A DNA stretch of 62,714 nt, filler included, from Choristocarpus tenellus KU-1152 (Eukaryota > Protista > Phaeophyceae), in assembly GCA_964200185.2 (NCBI GenBank). It is 10 parts of 10 records of this genome, joined end to end, with 100 filler letters (N's around TTAATTAATTAA, not from the genome) between each part and the next. Parts side by side here need not be neighbours in the genome. Positions count along the whole stretch, not along the records: positions 39,288 to 42,269 come from CAXNAD020023175.1; positions 42,370 to 46,986 come from CAXNAD020013775.1; positions 47,087 to 54,710 come from CAXNAD020005859.1; 7 more parts are not named here. The stretch is one strand, 5' to 3'. Position 1 is the stretch's first letter; every line of letters starts with the position of its first letter. Positions 39,677 to 52,827 of this stretch are shown here, one piece after another. The notes under the pieces are model-generated. The model saw nothing but the letters and a program-made list of their open reading frames with translations, was not told where the DNA came from and ran no database searches. Both the position numbers and the translations under genes were made by a program.

Positions 39677-42066
39677 CTTGTCGAGGTTAGTAAAGAAGTG
39701 TGCGTGATCGCCCATGAGGAAGTTTGCCCTGGCAATATCATCCGGGTGTTCCACAACCCAGTGGAGTAGGCGGTTCTCCTGTGAAAGACACACACACACA
39801 CACACACACATGTAGAAATAATATAAAATGAGAGATTTAGGAGTAAAGGGTGTGGAAGGAGGAATGGTGGAGGTACACGAAGAGGAAAAGACTTGTTTCA
39901 GCAGAACTGCACATCTGTGGGGCCCATCTTCATCTATTCCAACACACTGAAACTGCCAAAGCACTGCAGTAGCACTGATAGTCAGTTCTGAACCTGACTT
40001 TGGTATCTTCATTGGACTAGAAACCGATTAAATGAAGTCTTGCAAGAGATACAACGCTAGCAATGGATCAAAAAGTGAATGCTAGCGACGAATCAAACTG
40101 GCAATTCAAACGACATTTCAATTATCTTCCAACCTCTCTAAAATCTCCAGGAGGACAGACGCCTCTCTCACCCAATGGAAACACACCATCAGTGCTTGCG
40201 GGACTGTCAACCACGATCTCATCAAGGCAAGCATCCCAATAGCTTTTCCTATCCAACACAACACACATCAAAAAACGATCTCCCTCCTCCTCCTCCTCAC
40301 CTCATGTCTTGTCAACCCATACTAACCATGTCCCACAACGCATTAATAATGCTGAACAGGTAGTGAGATAGCAATTTCACTGCTGAGTACCAGACAGGCG
40401 TCAACAGAATAAATTATACAGATTAAAAGCAAAAACATGCGCACGCGCGCGGGGACCAGAATGCCTACTCCTCAACACACGACACCAATATAACACCCAA
40501 ACCCAGTACGCTGCCTTACCTTTCCATGCTCGGAGTAGGACACACACATTTTTTCCAGAGCCTTGAGACCTATCACAACAATGCTCTGTGGCACTGTGAT
40601 GAAATATACTTCACCACACCACAAGGAAGCGGCGAAACACAAATAGATATATAGATATATAGATATATATATATAGATATATAGATATATATACATATGC
40701 AACTCACAATACCATACCTGTTATTTTCCGTTTCGTCTGCCAATAAAAATAAAAACAACAAATGCTAAAGAGTCCATCGCTTCGCACGTCAAACATACAT
40801 CACATCAACTTGCAAATACACAGTCAACAACAGAGAGAGAGAGGACAAGGATCCTCTTTTCTAGAGGGGGGGTTGATTTTGGTCGTTATGAGTGTACAAT
40901 ACTTTTGAGCCTTGTGCAATATACACGATACCCTTGCCTGAAATGCAGTTAAGCCCCCCTAAGAGGATGTGGCTGTAGAATAGTAGCTGTGGACACATTA
41001 TTAGCTGAAATCGCCCTCCACAGTAGATAAAAACACACATGCCACAAGGCACCATAAAGCCCATTTGAACTCAGAGATACCCTCCTCTTATAAAGTAGAA
41101 CTCAAACTATTTCAAGCTGTGCCCACTGTACATCTCAGCAACCCCACATGAGGTATCACATCAACACTGCAATAGACCCCTTCATAACAACACAAATATT
41201 CCCTCCATCCATCCATCTACCCATCCATCTAATGTAATTGGTAGGGCATAATACCTTGATGTAAAGGGACAGCTCTCGAGGGAATAGCGATCCCTTCTCC
41301 CTCGTCCCCTCCTCAAGCTGCGCCAGGGTAAGGCGAGTGACCCCCACAGGCACCAGGGATCGCATGCGCCTCAAGGCCAGGTTATTAGCCTCCCGCTCAC
41401 AATCAAGCCAAACCTCCTCACGCTTCATCATCTCCTGATCGCACAGGGTTGGGAAGTCATGGAGGAGAAGAGAGGGGGTTTGTTGGAGAGATATGAAGGC
41501 GTTTTTTGGTGTATATGTGTGTGTGTGTGTGTATTTGTGTGTATCCGATTTTTCTTTTACTCAGAAGGTTTCTTTTTCTCACATCATAAGGTTAGGGCTA
41601 GAGAGGAGGAACACAACGCCTGTTCCCTCATACCTCTATAGCAACTCTAAACCCCTCTCTCTTTTTACCTAGTTGAGATTACAACCCACACAATTGTGTG
41701 TCCACTTCAGATAAGACTTCAGAACAGTATGAACAACAACAAGGTTTATTAGAACGGCCTAAAGTCCTTCGAATACTACAATATTCCTCATCTAAATGCA
41801 CCAGTGTTAGTATTCCTGTACCATGGCAAATAAAACAATAATAATTAAATCCTAAAAAATAAAAATATATAGACATACTGACATGGAGAAGACCATCATG
41901 AGACAAGTCCAGTCCAGCAGCACAAAGGTATATGCTCCAAGTTGCCACTACAAATAGAAATACAAATACAAAGTCCCTCGCATCCCTTACCCTTTCATAC
42001 TCCGGCAAGGCCTCCTTTCTCATGACCCATTTCTCCATGTCCGCCAGGGCAGACTGTGCCTTCAAC
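39677..42066 (-). CDS. Hypothetical protein, internal exons
   Basis: Phase-0 exons ~42066-41991 (AQSALADMEKWVMRKEALPEYER), 41434-41255 (EMMKREEVWLDCERE...ELSLYIK), 39778-39677 (ENRLLHWVVEHPDDIARANFLMG...LDK) with GT-AG borders. Confidence 0.7.
40643..40697 (+). repeat. (AGATAT)n/(AT)n microsatellite
   Basis: Seen directly; intronic. Confidence 0.85.
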
Positions 42067-42976
42067 CTTCAACACAGCAACAATGCAACCATGCAAGGAG
42101 ATGGGAAACAAACCACGAGAAACAGATGCACAGACTTTGCTTTCACAATTTAAGGTAGTCCACATTTGTATCAAACCATAGCATGCTCCCCCCCCCCCCC
42201 CCCCCCCCACCCCACACCACCCCTGCCCTCCTTTTGGGCGTTTAGGCGCAAATAAACACGGGGTGTTGGNNNNNNNNNNNNNNNNNNNNNNNNNNNNNNN
42301 NNNNNNNNNNNNNTTAATTAATTAANNNNNNNNNNNNNNNNNNNNNNNNNNNNNNNNNNNNNNNNNNNNCCACCGCCTGATGGAGCCCCCGCCCCCGCCC
42401 CCCGACCACATGGTACACAGGAGGGTGAGCAGCATGGTAGGTGTAAAGTCTTGTGTATAGTGTACTCCAGAGTACAATACTGAGAACTTTGGCAATATTT
42501 GGAATTGGAGTAGAGAGGAGAGTGAAATAGTGATAGAGCGCATATTGGTGTGAAAAGTGAGGCATACATGGGGGGACCATGGTAGTTTCTTTGTATATCG
42601 GGGGGATGGAGGCAGTAAGACCATTGTTACCATGAAACCTTGACTTGATTTGAGTGTATGAACTCGTCATGGTGCTGCCACTATATTTGAAACATAAGTC
42701 TTGTATAAGAGACAAGGAGTGGATGTCATTGTTCTGATGTGGTCTATGCCAGGCTTTTGGGATGCACTAGTGTCCTTCAAGCCTGCACCTTCCCAGCACC
42801 AGAGCCTACATCCTTGAGAGTGTGGCCTTGTGGCTGCATTTGGATGAAACACTCCCCGTAGAGTTGCATGCAAGACAAAAAAGTGAAGTTGGAGCAAAAA
42901 GACACTTAATGAGGGTTTGATATATATATAGGTATTGTTTGCTGTGGTGTTACTGTTAAGCATAATCACACAGGCA

Positions 42977-43155
42977 GACCCAAAATATTTTTTTTTTTGG
43001 GGGGGGTCTACACCAGGGTGTCCATTTGGACCAAAATCAGGAAAAGTGCATTTACATTATCCATCCAATGTATGCAACCCAATCACCCAAAAATTGAGAC
43101 ATGAAAAAATCGACCCCAATTGAACAGCCGCCACTCCCCCCAGATACTTTGAGCC
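42977..43155 (+). mobile_element. MITE family A, copy 3
   Basis: GTCTACACCAGGGTGTCCATTTGGACC...CCCCCCAGATACTTTGAGCC. Confidence 0.8.
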
Positions 43156-43825
43156 GCATTATTTGTTCTTCTATGACTAGCTAAGGTGATAATGAGTAGA
43201 TGAGTCTTTCTAGTATTACTGGGTATGGTGAGGTTGCTGTCATCTACTCTGTGGGGCACAGGGAAGCAGTGCGCACACCAATATCACATGTATTCACCCC
43301 TTCTCAAACAATTGTTCTGCTTGCACTGAAGTATCAGAGACATGCATGTTGCCAGAGCTTCCTGCTCACTATGACAGAAACTGCAACCAACAGTAGGAAT
43401 CTCATGTACATCACTACTACAAGCACCAACAGGCCACACTTGTACCAAATACCTCTGCAATAGAGTGCGTGAGTCGTTCCTTTTCTTCTTGAGAATCCTC
43501 CCGTAGTCTTTCTGCCTCCACAGTACGCTCTCTCAGTGTCCTCTAAGGTGCAATATATCCCCAGTCCATGCATAACGGTTTTCAGCATGGTACAGTATGA
43601 AGATATTTGGTATTTTGCTTTGAAGTGTGACCGCATATGGCATTGCTGTCCTAGACCTAGATAAATTTTGTCACCACCAACAATACAGCACTTGAAACAT
43701 ATAGTACAACAACAATGCAAATTCATCAGGGTATCATGCTATTGGCATTACGGTACCCTTTTTTGCTTTTTTTGTTGTTGTCCATTCTTTTCCTCTCGAG
43801 CTTTCCCTTGCCAATACAGTGGTGG

Positions 43826-44797
43826 TCAGTGTTTGAAATTGCACAGTAGTAAGGTTAAAATCTGGGATCTCTTATCTACGTTTCTTACTATCTTGACCCT
43901 CATCTTGTTTTGAGAGGTCTGTATAGCCACTCGCTGCTCCAAGAGCTGATCTATCTTGTCGATCCTTTCAGCACAAGCCTCCTTGGTGCATCCTGCTTCT
44001 GTAGAGTCTGTTTCTTGTTCGATGTCTTCTTTTTTGTCCTCCTTCTTCACCTTGTTTAATAGAAAAAGAATGAGGGGCTGCGGAATTCTTTTCTACTTGA
44101 CATGGTGATCCTGATATAATATTCGTTTTTTGGACGACATGAGCAATCTAAACGTATGGAGAACACAAGAGTGTTTGCCTACAACACGTTCAAGACCCCA
44201 ACATAATTGGATGGGCAACAAAGTACCAGCACTTCCTTCAACTAAACCAATAAACAGTACATCTAGAGTCGACCGAGCAATATATTGGTCAGCAGGATTT
44301 AAATAGGCTACAACATCGGAAATGTCCGTGAATGTCGTTACTTCAATAGCGTGAGAATTTTGTGCTCTCTTCTCCGTATTTGCTTGTACCTCGTTAGCGT
44401 TTCGAGTGGCCCCCTTTTTAGCTTTGGTAGTTTTGACTGATACGACAAGTGGAGGTGCTTCGTTGCCTTGATCTCGTAGTCCCATCACGAAGCAAAAGTT
44501 GTCCGTCGATAGGTGCTGAGATGAGTTAGGCGTAACGCGGGAGTAACAGAGATGGAGAAATCAATCGAAGGGACAGAGGGTGGCTGGCACAGGCGCACCA
44601 CTACAGGATCGTTTATTGAATGGCAAAGTGTGCATCTGGATACCCTGTCTAGCTGCTTTATATGCTTGAAGTGAGCAATGATAAACCACCCAGAAGTTCT
44701 TAATATCCAGTTCGAATAAACATGACTTGACCTTGAAGTTACTGTAGGGCACGCGGCTCTCAGATGATTGGCGACCTCCCATATCTACCCTCGCCAT
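43826..44797 (-). CDS. Hypothetical charged/coiled-coil protein
   Basis: Phase-0 exons 44797-44732, 44515-44390 and 44050-(43826?) with GT-AG borders; 3' end uncertain. Confidence 0.45.
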
Positions 44798-45078
44798 TTC
44801 AACCCCTTTTCTTGGACGCGACAAATGTTTGTTGTCGCGGAATATGTGTCTTCAGTATATTTGGACAATGGGAAATCCCTTTTTGTGTAATAAGCAAGGA
44901 TAGGTTAACCATAGCTTGGTCAAAGTTGACGTTGTCGTGTACACACTACTTTCAACATTGGTATTAAATTAGTGTGTTGTGATACAGTTTGTGTCTGTCA
45001 CAGGTCGAAACGTCACGAAGAACGCCTTCGAATACCTGATGTCCTCTTCCAATATCGAGTACCCACCAGAGAAATGAT

Positions 45079-46906
45079 ATGATTGGGTATGTTTCTCGGT
45101 CGCCACTCTCTCTCCGCTGTCGTGTGGAACTGAATGGCATTGTAACACAGATCACATCATCGTCGAAACAACAAACGTGGCTGGCATGGAGAGGAATGGA
45201 TCTCGTGCGTGCCCGCACTACCTCGACACGCGCCAACCTGCCTTCATGTGACTTCTCAACATATCCGTGTCTGGTACACGGATATACTCGACGATTTCTA
45301 TCCTTTGCTCGACATTCATCCCCAACGCCTGCTGCGGTATCTCGTGGATACGCTGAACCGGCCTCTACCCCCACTACACTAGGATGTAAGGCCTACTACC
45401 TGTCCCGAACCATCGACCTTTCCTATGCGTACAAGGTGTGTACTTCCTCCTTATCTATGTAATCCTTGCTAGTTACCTTGACTGGTAGGTTCGAAAAGCT
45501 CTCAGGAAGGTCAAGTATGTGCTTCTTGGGCCGTGCATGATGGGACGGGCTGTGGTTTTGGCCACTACGGCTCTTGTCAATGGATGTTGCTCTTACAACG
45601 ATGGGATAGTTCCACCTCCCTCCAATGGTTGTGCACAATTTCTTGGGCGTGTGAAAAAATGTCAGTCAACTGTCTGCAGAAACACCAAAATTGAAATAAT
45701 CAAAGGCGTCTGAGTCCGGTGAACCATGCAACCTCCTACCCCACTTCACAGAAGCTTTATTCGGGCGAGCCTCACACATTCGAGAGACACTGCGTCGTTG
45801 TTGGCCCACTTCGACCGGGTAGCGAGGAGAGATACAGTGCAAGACAATCATTGAAGGAGAAAACTCCACCTAAGGGTGGCCTGCCTAAGTTCAAGCAATG
45901 GGCAGATTCAACTCAGGTCGACATGTCATCGCTTGTGAGTGATGGCAATAAGCTGCCCGAGTCGAGTGAGCAACCGCTAGATCTCTCAAGTGAAATGATA
46001 GAGACATATATAGGGTTTGCTTTTGCATGCTCCCGAGATTGCTGTAGGAGAGGGTACTTCTGTCCTGAAATTGGGGCTCTGGGGGTCCATCGGAGTCCTC
46101 CTTGGCTGGCAATGTGGGGGATTCGAAGTTTATCCATGGTGTATTGTTAAGATCATGAATTATGGCGCAAGATGAGAGATCATGGGTAAAGACCACTAAT
46201 TGCTCATTTAATACTGTTGATCCTGAACTGCTATCCTACGTTATCCGCTAAACTATTGAAACCTAGCCCCAACTCGTTAACTGGTTGTGTTTCATATGCT
46301 GCGCAACCATACACACATGCTCCAACTTCAAACAAGAGTTGAGGCAACATTGAAGAGTGGTGAAAATATGTTGCAAAAGGTAAAATATGTAGTAGATGAT
46401 AGAGTGCCCATTTGTGGCATGGAGCTAGTACTATATTTACTGCTGTGTAGTGTTTCTACTACCCTAGATATCTGTATCACTTGTAGCGCAGTCCAAGTCA
46501 ATGTCAATCCTTACCTGTTCTGTACTAAATCCAGCTCGTTCTTTACCCTGTCGAATTTGAACTCCCTTGGTTTCATCTCCCTCCCCAGTGGCGTGGCTTC
46601 TTGTCCAAGGAAAAACAGCATACTCTGGAGATTGATGGGTTCATGGAGCCACACCTACCCACTGTCAGACACGCCTTTGAAATAGTAGACACACCTGATT
46701 CGAGCCCTGTTTTGGGGGCTGGCAGGCCTTCAGTGGAGCCAGCGTCGCCAGCAAGAAACATTGGGGAGAGGGGGTCAGGATGGGATATTTGGGAGCCAAA
46801 GGGAAGCCCATGGACGGCGGGGCCTGGATCAAAGGGGTACAACTATGTTGTCTTGTTTGACTATGGGAGTGTAGTATTCTTGCATCTCTCGCAGCAGCAA
46901 CAATAT
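45079..46906 (+). CDS. RMND1/Rmd1/Sif2 (DUF155) family protein, 5' part, probably mitochondrial
   Basis: Exons 45079-45435, 45752-45934, 46589-46906; motifs CKAYYLSRTIDL and YVVLFDYGSVVF; R/S/T-rich N-terminus; cut by the linker at 46987. Confidence 0.8.
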
Positions 46907-48523
46907 GTGAGTTATATAAAAAAAAAACTCTGAGAAGATAGAGTGTTGTGGTTGGGGGAGGGGGGGAGGGGGGGGGGGGGGGTTTGNNNNNNNNNNNNNN
47001 NNNNNNNNNNNNNNNNNNNNNNNNNNNNNNTTAATTAATTAANNNNNNNNNNNNNNNNNNNNNNNNNNNNNNNNNNNNNNNNNNNNCTTCAAAAGTACCG
47101 AAACATTTCGAAAAAAAGGTCATAAAAGGGGCCCTTCTAAAAAACCTTGAGGTACTTTTTAAAGACCGTTTTCACAAAACAATCCTCATAGTCCCGGGCC
47201 ATCCTCCATTTTGAGGATCCCCAGTTAGTTGTTGTAAAAGTGTAATTGACATTTTCAATATATTTATACTATTGTGTGCTCCAACATTTTCCAAACGTGT
47301 CAGGGAAAAATCAACAAAAACTATCGAACATTTCAGATTTTGAAGACTTTCGACATTATTCGAAAAATGTCCTCGTACAACATTAACTGCCACTCATTCC
47401 AAAAACATAGAGCAGATCATATGTTTTCTGCAGATTTCTTACAAGTCCTTCCTCATGTCGACAACTCACAAAAGCAAAACCCTTGGATACCGTATGGAGT
47501 ACTAACCATCATGACCAACTTCAATTTAACTCCTCTCACAGTAGAAAATTATCACGGACATCGTACATTGTAATTCCCTTCATACAGCAACCTTTTGTAG
47601 TGCATGCTATGTTTTGCAATGGAATACGGGATAACTGACTTGTCAATTAACACACCTTTAAAAAATTGGCGAGTTAGTCTCGGACTCCGGATTATGAGGG
47701 AGCAAACAGACCTTGAGATTTGCACATCTTAGATCATATTCAGCGAGGTATGGAATCCCAAAACACAAAGAGTGAGGATCTAATGTGTTTGAGATGATGA
47801 CTGTGATCACTAATCACCTTAAGTGCAGCAAGACTGAATAGCATTCTGACCAAAGGGACTTTAAACAACTTGCTTGCACTCTGGTGTCTTCTGAATGAGC
47901 ATAAGGCAAGCTGTGGAAGAATTGTCTGGGGCAGAAGAACTAGGGCATCTTTGATCCTGTCTTTGACAACTGAAGAAGAGGAACGGTGGACAAAGGCTTC
48001 TACCTGGTTGAGGTTCATGAGGCCATCGCTATCATCAGGTGTACCACACTGCATGCTTTGTCAGTGCAGTCAGGCAACCACAAAGTCAATCTTCACAACA
48101 ACCCCAAAGGCAACATCATGCTAGATGGCTTCATGCAACCCAGTAGCACGAAAGTCAACCAGGATGCTTATAAGATTCTTTTGGGTTCGTTTTCTGGGGG
48201 AAAAAAACATTGGAGAAGGATGACTACTCTGGATGTTCAAGAAAATCTGGTTCAAGAATGCTGAAATGTACAAAAATTATGCTAAGGCTACCAGCAGGGC
48301 ATCTCATCGCAAGCATGGACATATTTCACAGCGTATGGAAAAATATTTTTATAAATTGGTTTAGCCTCCCAATTATTGTGTCCCCTCTATATAGCGACTC
48401 TCAGTGCAGACCTGGCCCTGTTGACTGCCCTTACCAAAGACAGCAATTGCAGGCAGACCTGATCCTCCCAAGCCAAGGTCTCTACCTGGGTAGCTTAGTC
48501 TGCCAAGAGGAGAAGTGTCTAAG

Positions 48524-50969
48524 CTACTCGTCAGACTCATCATCACCACCACCTGCTGCAGCCTTTGAGGCAGCACGCTTCCGGGACACACGGCCAGGTC
48601 GGCCTTGGCCATATGGAGATGTAATGGCAAAGTCAATGTGTTTTTCCGAGTCCATACGCACCATGAACTGGGGTACATTCACCAGCTGCTTCCCAACACT
48701 GATGATCAATTGGAGCAAGGGATGGGCATACAAGGCAATGAGGACATGGGGCACAAGACATCTATTTTATTTTCAAGACAAGTTTCATATGTGGACATCA
48801 TTTTTCTTACTGTGGTGGTTAGCTTGAATACCTCTACCCAAGAATGCTTGCTCACTACATGTCATCAAAAAAGCGTTGTACATCAGTAAGAGCAATACAA
48901 CCAGACTCAGACTATACCCTCACCGGATGTGGCGCTGCTTGATGAGCACACGGGCATGGTGAATAGACTTAGCCAGCCCCTGCTTGAAAACCTATAGAAG
49001 CAGCAGGAATCAGTCACAGCACAGGACACATTGACAAAGAGAAACACAAAATGGTGAGTTTTGCCCCAACCCACTTGAGGTGTAGATATATCTAAAGAAA
49101 TCAACAGAGCAGGAAAAAGAGAGCTTTATGACCTAGCTGAATTTTATTTAACTTGAATCAACACAACTGTATATAAAAAATCTCACCAACTTACTTTTGA
49201 GATAACAAGAAACATCACACACTGAACCTTTTACTCAATAATGTAATATTTCTGTGTGTTGGGCAAATTCTTGCTTTTGCATGAGAGGCATGGATGATGA
49301 GAATAAAATTTGATTGTGTTATGCAATAAAAAACTGGAGGTAAACAATAGCTGGGGTGGGCCAATGCAGGTAGGGTATGACTTGTGTTGTTTACATGTTC
49401 AACTGAGCTGTTGATATATCCAAAATAGGTCTTCTAGAAACACACACACAGCATATTTTGTTAATCCACCAATTCTGATGCTCTACAAAATCGATTGTTC
49501 CGAACTTTGTATTGGGAATGGACAAGAACTAAGATGAAAATACAGTTCATTCATTAACATGAGCAATCATTCTTTCCCATACAAGAAAAAAGTCTCTTCA
49601 GTTGAGGGGGCATCAGTAAAACCTGGCAACAGATTTCTGCACTGCAATAGCAAACATATTGATACAGCACAGCTTGTTACTGCAAAATGCCTATGTGATA
49701 GGTGCAAATAATACTCACGTTTCAACCTTCAAACATCAAATTTGTGTCACATGCGTACAGATCATTTGCATCACACAAGATCACCCCATCAAAACTTCTT
49801 AGATACCAAGTCTTACATTAAAATGAACGACATGGAACGAATAATGCCAACCAGTCAAATTTACTCTTTTTTTTGGCTTGAAGGCTTTATGTATTATTTC
49901 AAGCGAAATCATACACTGAAGCAGGGAGAACAATATCACCAATGTGCACCTTAGTTTGCAGCCTCCGTTCAAGCATCTTCTCTGTTGTAAGCTGCAGCAC
50001 AAAATCCAATTCCTTCTCGTCATCATTGAGGAGTCCGAATCGCACCATACGACGAAGAAGGGCGGGACCCTCAAACAGACGCTTAGGGTCCTTGACGTTC
50101 AGAGTTAGCAACTGACGTGCAGCCTACAAGTGCGTCCCGTGTAAAATTAGTTGGATAGGTGAGGGAGGGAGTTATGGTCCATTTAGCGAACACCATGTTA
50201 TAAGACTGGAATTTCTCCCCAAAGTGCTGTCTGTGGACTGCTTGATCGAAACCACCAAAATACATCTATAGCACCAAATAGAAGGTATGAATGCGTAAGA
50301 AGAGAGCTTGGTACCGTAATAAATTGACTTTATATCCCTATCTGACCTTACGGATCTTGGCAAGAGCGAACTGCACGCGCCAGATCTCGCGCTTGCACCG
50401 TAGGCCATACTCGCCACAGAGCTTGAGCTCAGAGTCCAGGCGTTCCTTCTCAAAAGGCCGGCGAGGAGTCTTGAAAGTCTTCCGGTCTGTTCTTGGGAAG
50501 AAGCATCCCAAAGACACCAATGTTTCAGCAATAGACAAAATCAAACCTATACGACGGGTGGACTGTAAAACACTTAACACACATTACCAAACAAAACTGT
50601 CTGAAGCTTACAGGATTTTACCACACACATCACTAGTAACATAATGGCGCAAAGACGTTAGTGAGAGTCATGATGGCACCGACAGTATGCATGTCAAAGA
50701 ACGCTACCAAGTACAAAGACTGACATCCCCATCCACTCCTTCGCCACTCCACTATCCAAGACCGCAAATTTCACCCCCAATATATTACTTAAGCTTCATG
50801 CTACATTGTCATTTCTCAATGGTCATAATTCACTCCTCTGGACTCCAATCCACCCGTAGGGTGGGAGACCGGGTCACCACATTTGAAGTCCTACCACCTT
50901 TCATTCTTCGTATCACATTTGCTAAACAAATATGGACTTACAGTTTCGGTTAATGCCAACCTTCGGCAT
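48524..50969 (-). CDS. RPS9: 40S ribosomal protein S9 (uS4), 194 aa
   Basis: Exons 50969-50942, 50486-50347, 50123-49950, 48991-48924, 48698-48524; [80 protein letters not shown]. Confidence 0.98.
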
Positions 50970-51202
50970 GGTACCCAGTCTCTGGTTCTACCAGAATCTG
51001 GGGAGAGAGCTTCCAATGAAGCCTTGGAAGGGACCAGGGAGGCAACTGACCCAAGCCTCCAGAACCACCAACATGCCTCAACAAATCCGTCCGTCCGTCC
51101 ATATTTACACGCGCGAACGTCGCTCGCCAACTACAACATCAAACTTGTGACAACGTATCTCCTCCTTGTACAATATTCTGGTTGAATACCATCAAGTAGG
51201 AG
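50970..51202. promoter_or_regulatory. Probable bidirectional promoter between RPS9 and the plastid-protein gene
   Basis: Only 233 bp between divergent ATGs at 50969 (-) and 51203 (+); position-based inference. Confidence 0.55.
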
Positions 51203-52827
51203 ATGAGGAACATGAGGTTGAATCCCTTACATGTTTCAGCTGCACTGGGATTGGCAGCTTTGTCGAGGGTGGAGGTGCGTTGCTTTCCCCACAACTACCA
51301 CCTTGCCTGAAGGCCTACAGATTTTGGTTACTGACCCTCGCCATATCTCTCTCTCAGGCGTTTTTATGTTTACCATCATTCCAAAGGTTAGCTTGGTACC
51401 CTTCGCAAGTCCATGGTTGCAAGGGTGGTCAAGAAATATTCATAGGAGGAGCAAGATGGTGCGGATGTTCGTGGACAAGGTTGGGGGTTTCCTCCTCCCC
51501 ATCTTGTTCCACAGATCGCTCTCCACGATGGGGCCCAGTAAGTCTACACAATGCATGCCCTACACCTCACGGGTGTACTATATACCCTTTCATTTCCATT
51601 CCCGCTAGTAACATTTATCCTTCTGTAATTGTACGGGTGGCACAATGAATGAAAAGATAAATTCGAGTCCGCAATCAGTCGAGGGAGGTGTGACATTGCC
51701 ACCAGTTGAGGAGTCAGATGCATACGCTTCCTTTCTGGCGGAAGGAATTATGACGCACCTAGACCAAGAGTGGATGCCGCAAGAGTGCCATAGGGAAATA
51801 GGTCTTGAAGCGGCAAAGGTGTACCTCCAGATCGTCCAAAAGGTACAGAACATGAACATGCCAGGTCACCGATGGTATTTGTTGCATGATCACACAGTGT
51901 TTGCCTTTGGAGTATCTGTGAACATGGGGAATGCGGTTGACAGCTGAAGAGGCTTGCTCCTTTTTAGAAGACTGCATGACTTGAACCTGACTCGTAGACC
52001 AGGTGCCTGTCAACCCCCTAATGTATAAGATCCTTTCGATAATGTACGGAGGATCACCCACAACTCCCACATACCCTGATTTTAATACCTCACAGGGCAC
52101 GACTCATCTGAGCGACTTGGTTTTAGAGCTGGGAACACATCTAGAGTCTTTTGACATGGGGGAGGCTTTTGTTGGACCATGGGATATCGCCAATCTCGTA
52201 TCTGATTTTATCATGGCCAAGATGGGAGCCGAGACAAGCCTCTGCAGCACAAGGATCCCTGACACTATTGAAGCAAGAGGTTCGTCTTCTAGCAAGTCAG
52301 TAACAACAGAGACTAGATCAACCTTTGAACTGTTTTCTGCAGATGTGAAGCGAATGGATCGTAAGCTTCGTTCAGAGTTTTCCCGCTACCGTTTCCTGAT
52401 GGAGTTCATAGATGAAGCTATAGAATGGTCAGACATGAATGTTGTGATGGCAATGTACCAGGGTTATACCCCTGATGGGGGGAATGACAATGTGCGGACT
52501 GTGTGGCGTGAAAGATTTCCAGGGGCAATGCCCCCACGACTTGAGGTTGCAGAGGGTGTTGTTGAAGCCCTGGAAGCAGACTTTCCGGAGGACCCAGAGG
52601 AACTCGAGGGTCTTGGGGTGATAATTTCCTCTATCTATGGTGAGGAAGGCAAGGAGCAGGGTGAGGGTGATCCGGAAAATGGCATTCCGGCTGACGAGAA
52701 GTACATGAAACGGGCAACTGTATGTAAGTGGCTCTATTTGATGGGTTACATACACCAGGAGATATCGAGGGCCCCAGATGTGGCACCAAATATCCGTGAT
52801 GAACCAATTATAGTGGATGGAAAATAG
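51203..52827 (+). CDS. Plastid-targeted conserved hypothetical protein with cyanobacterial-type domains
   Basis: Phase-0 exons 51203-51274, 51358-51537, ~51657-51842, 52096-52827; signal peptide ending VEA|FL (ASAF-type) followed by a transit-like stretch; motifs HLDQEWMPQECHREIG and AFVGPWDIANLVSD. Confidence 0.8.

Noticed and set aside
47780-48300. Coding-like stretch downstream of RPS9
   Set aside because: Fragmented frames with no recognisable motif or consistent splice structure
48992-50941. Intronic snoRNAs in RPS9
   Set aside because: No convincing box C/box D pair with a terminal stem found by eye; an Infernal/snoscan search would be needed
16869-50969. IMP3 and RPS9 (both S4-family) as a paralogue cluster
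   Set aside because: They lie on different segments separated by six linkers; adjacency is not established
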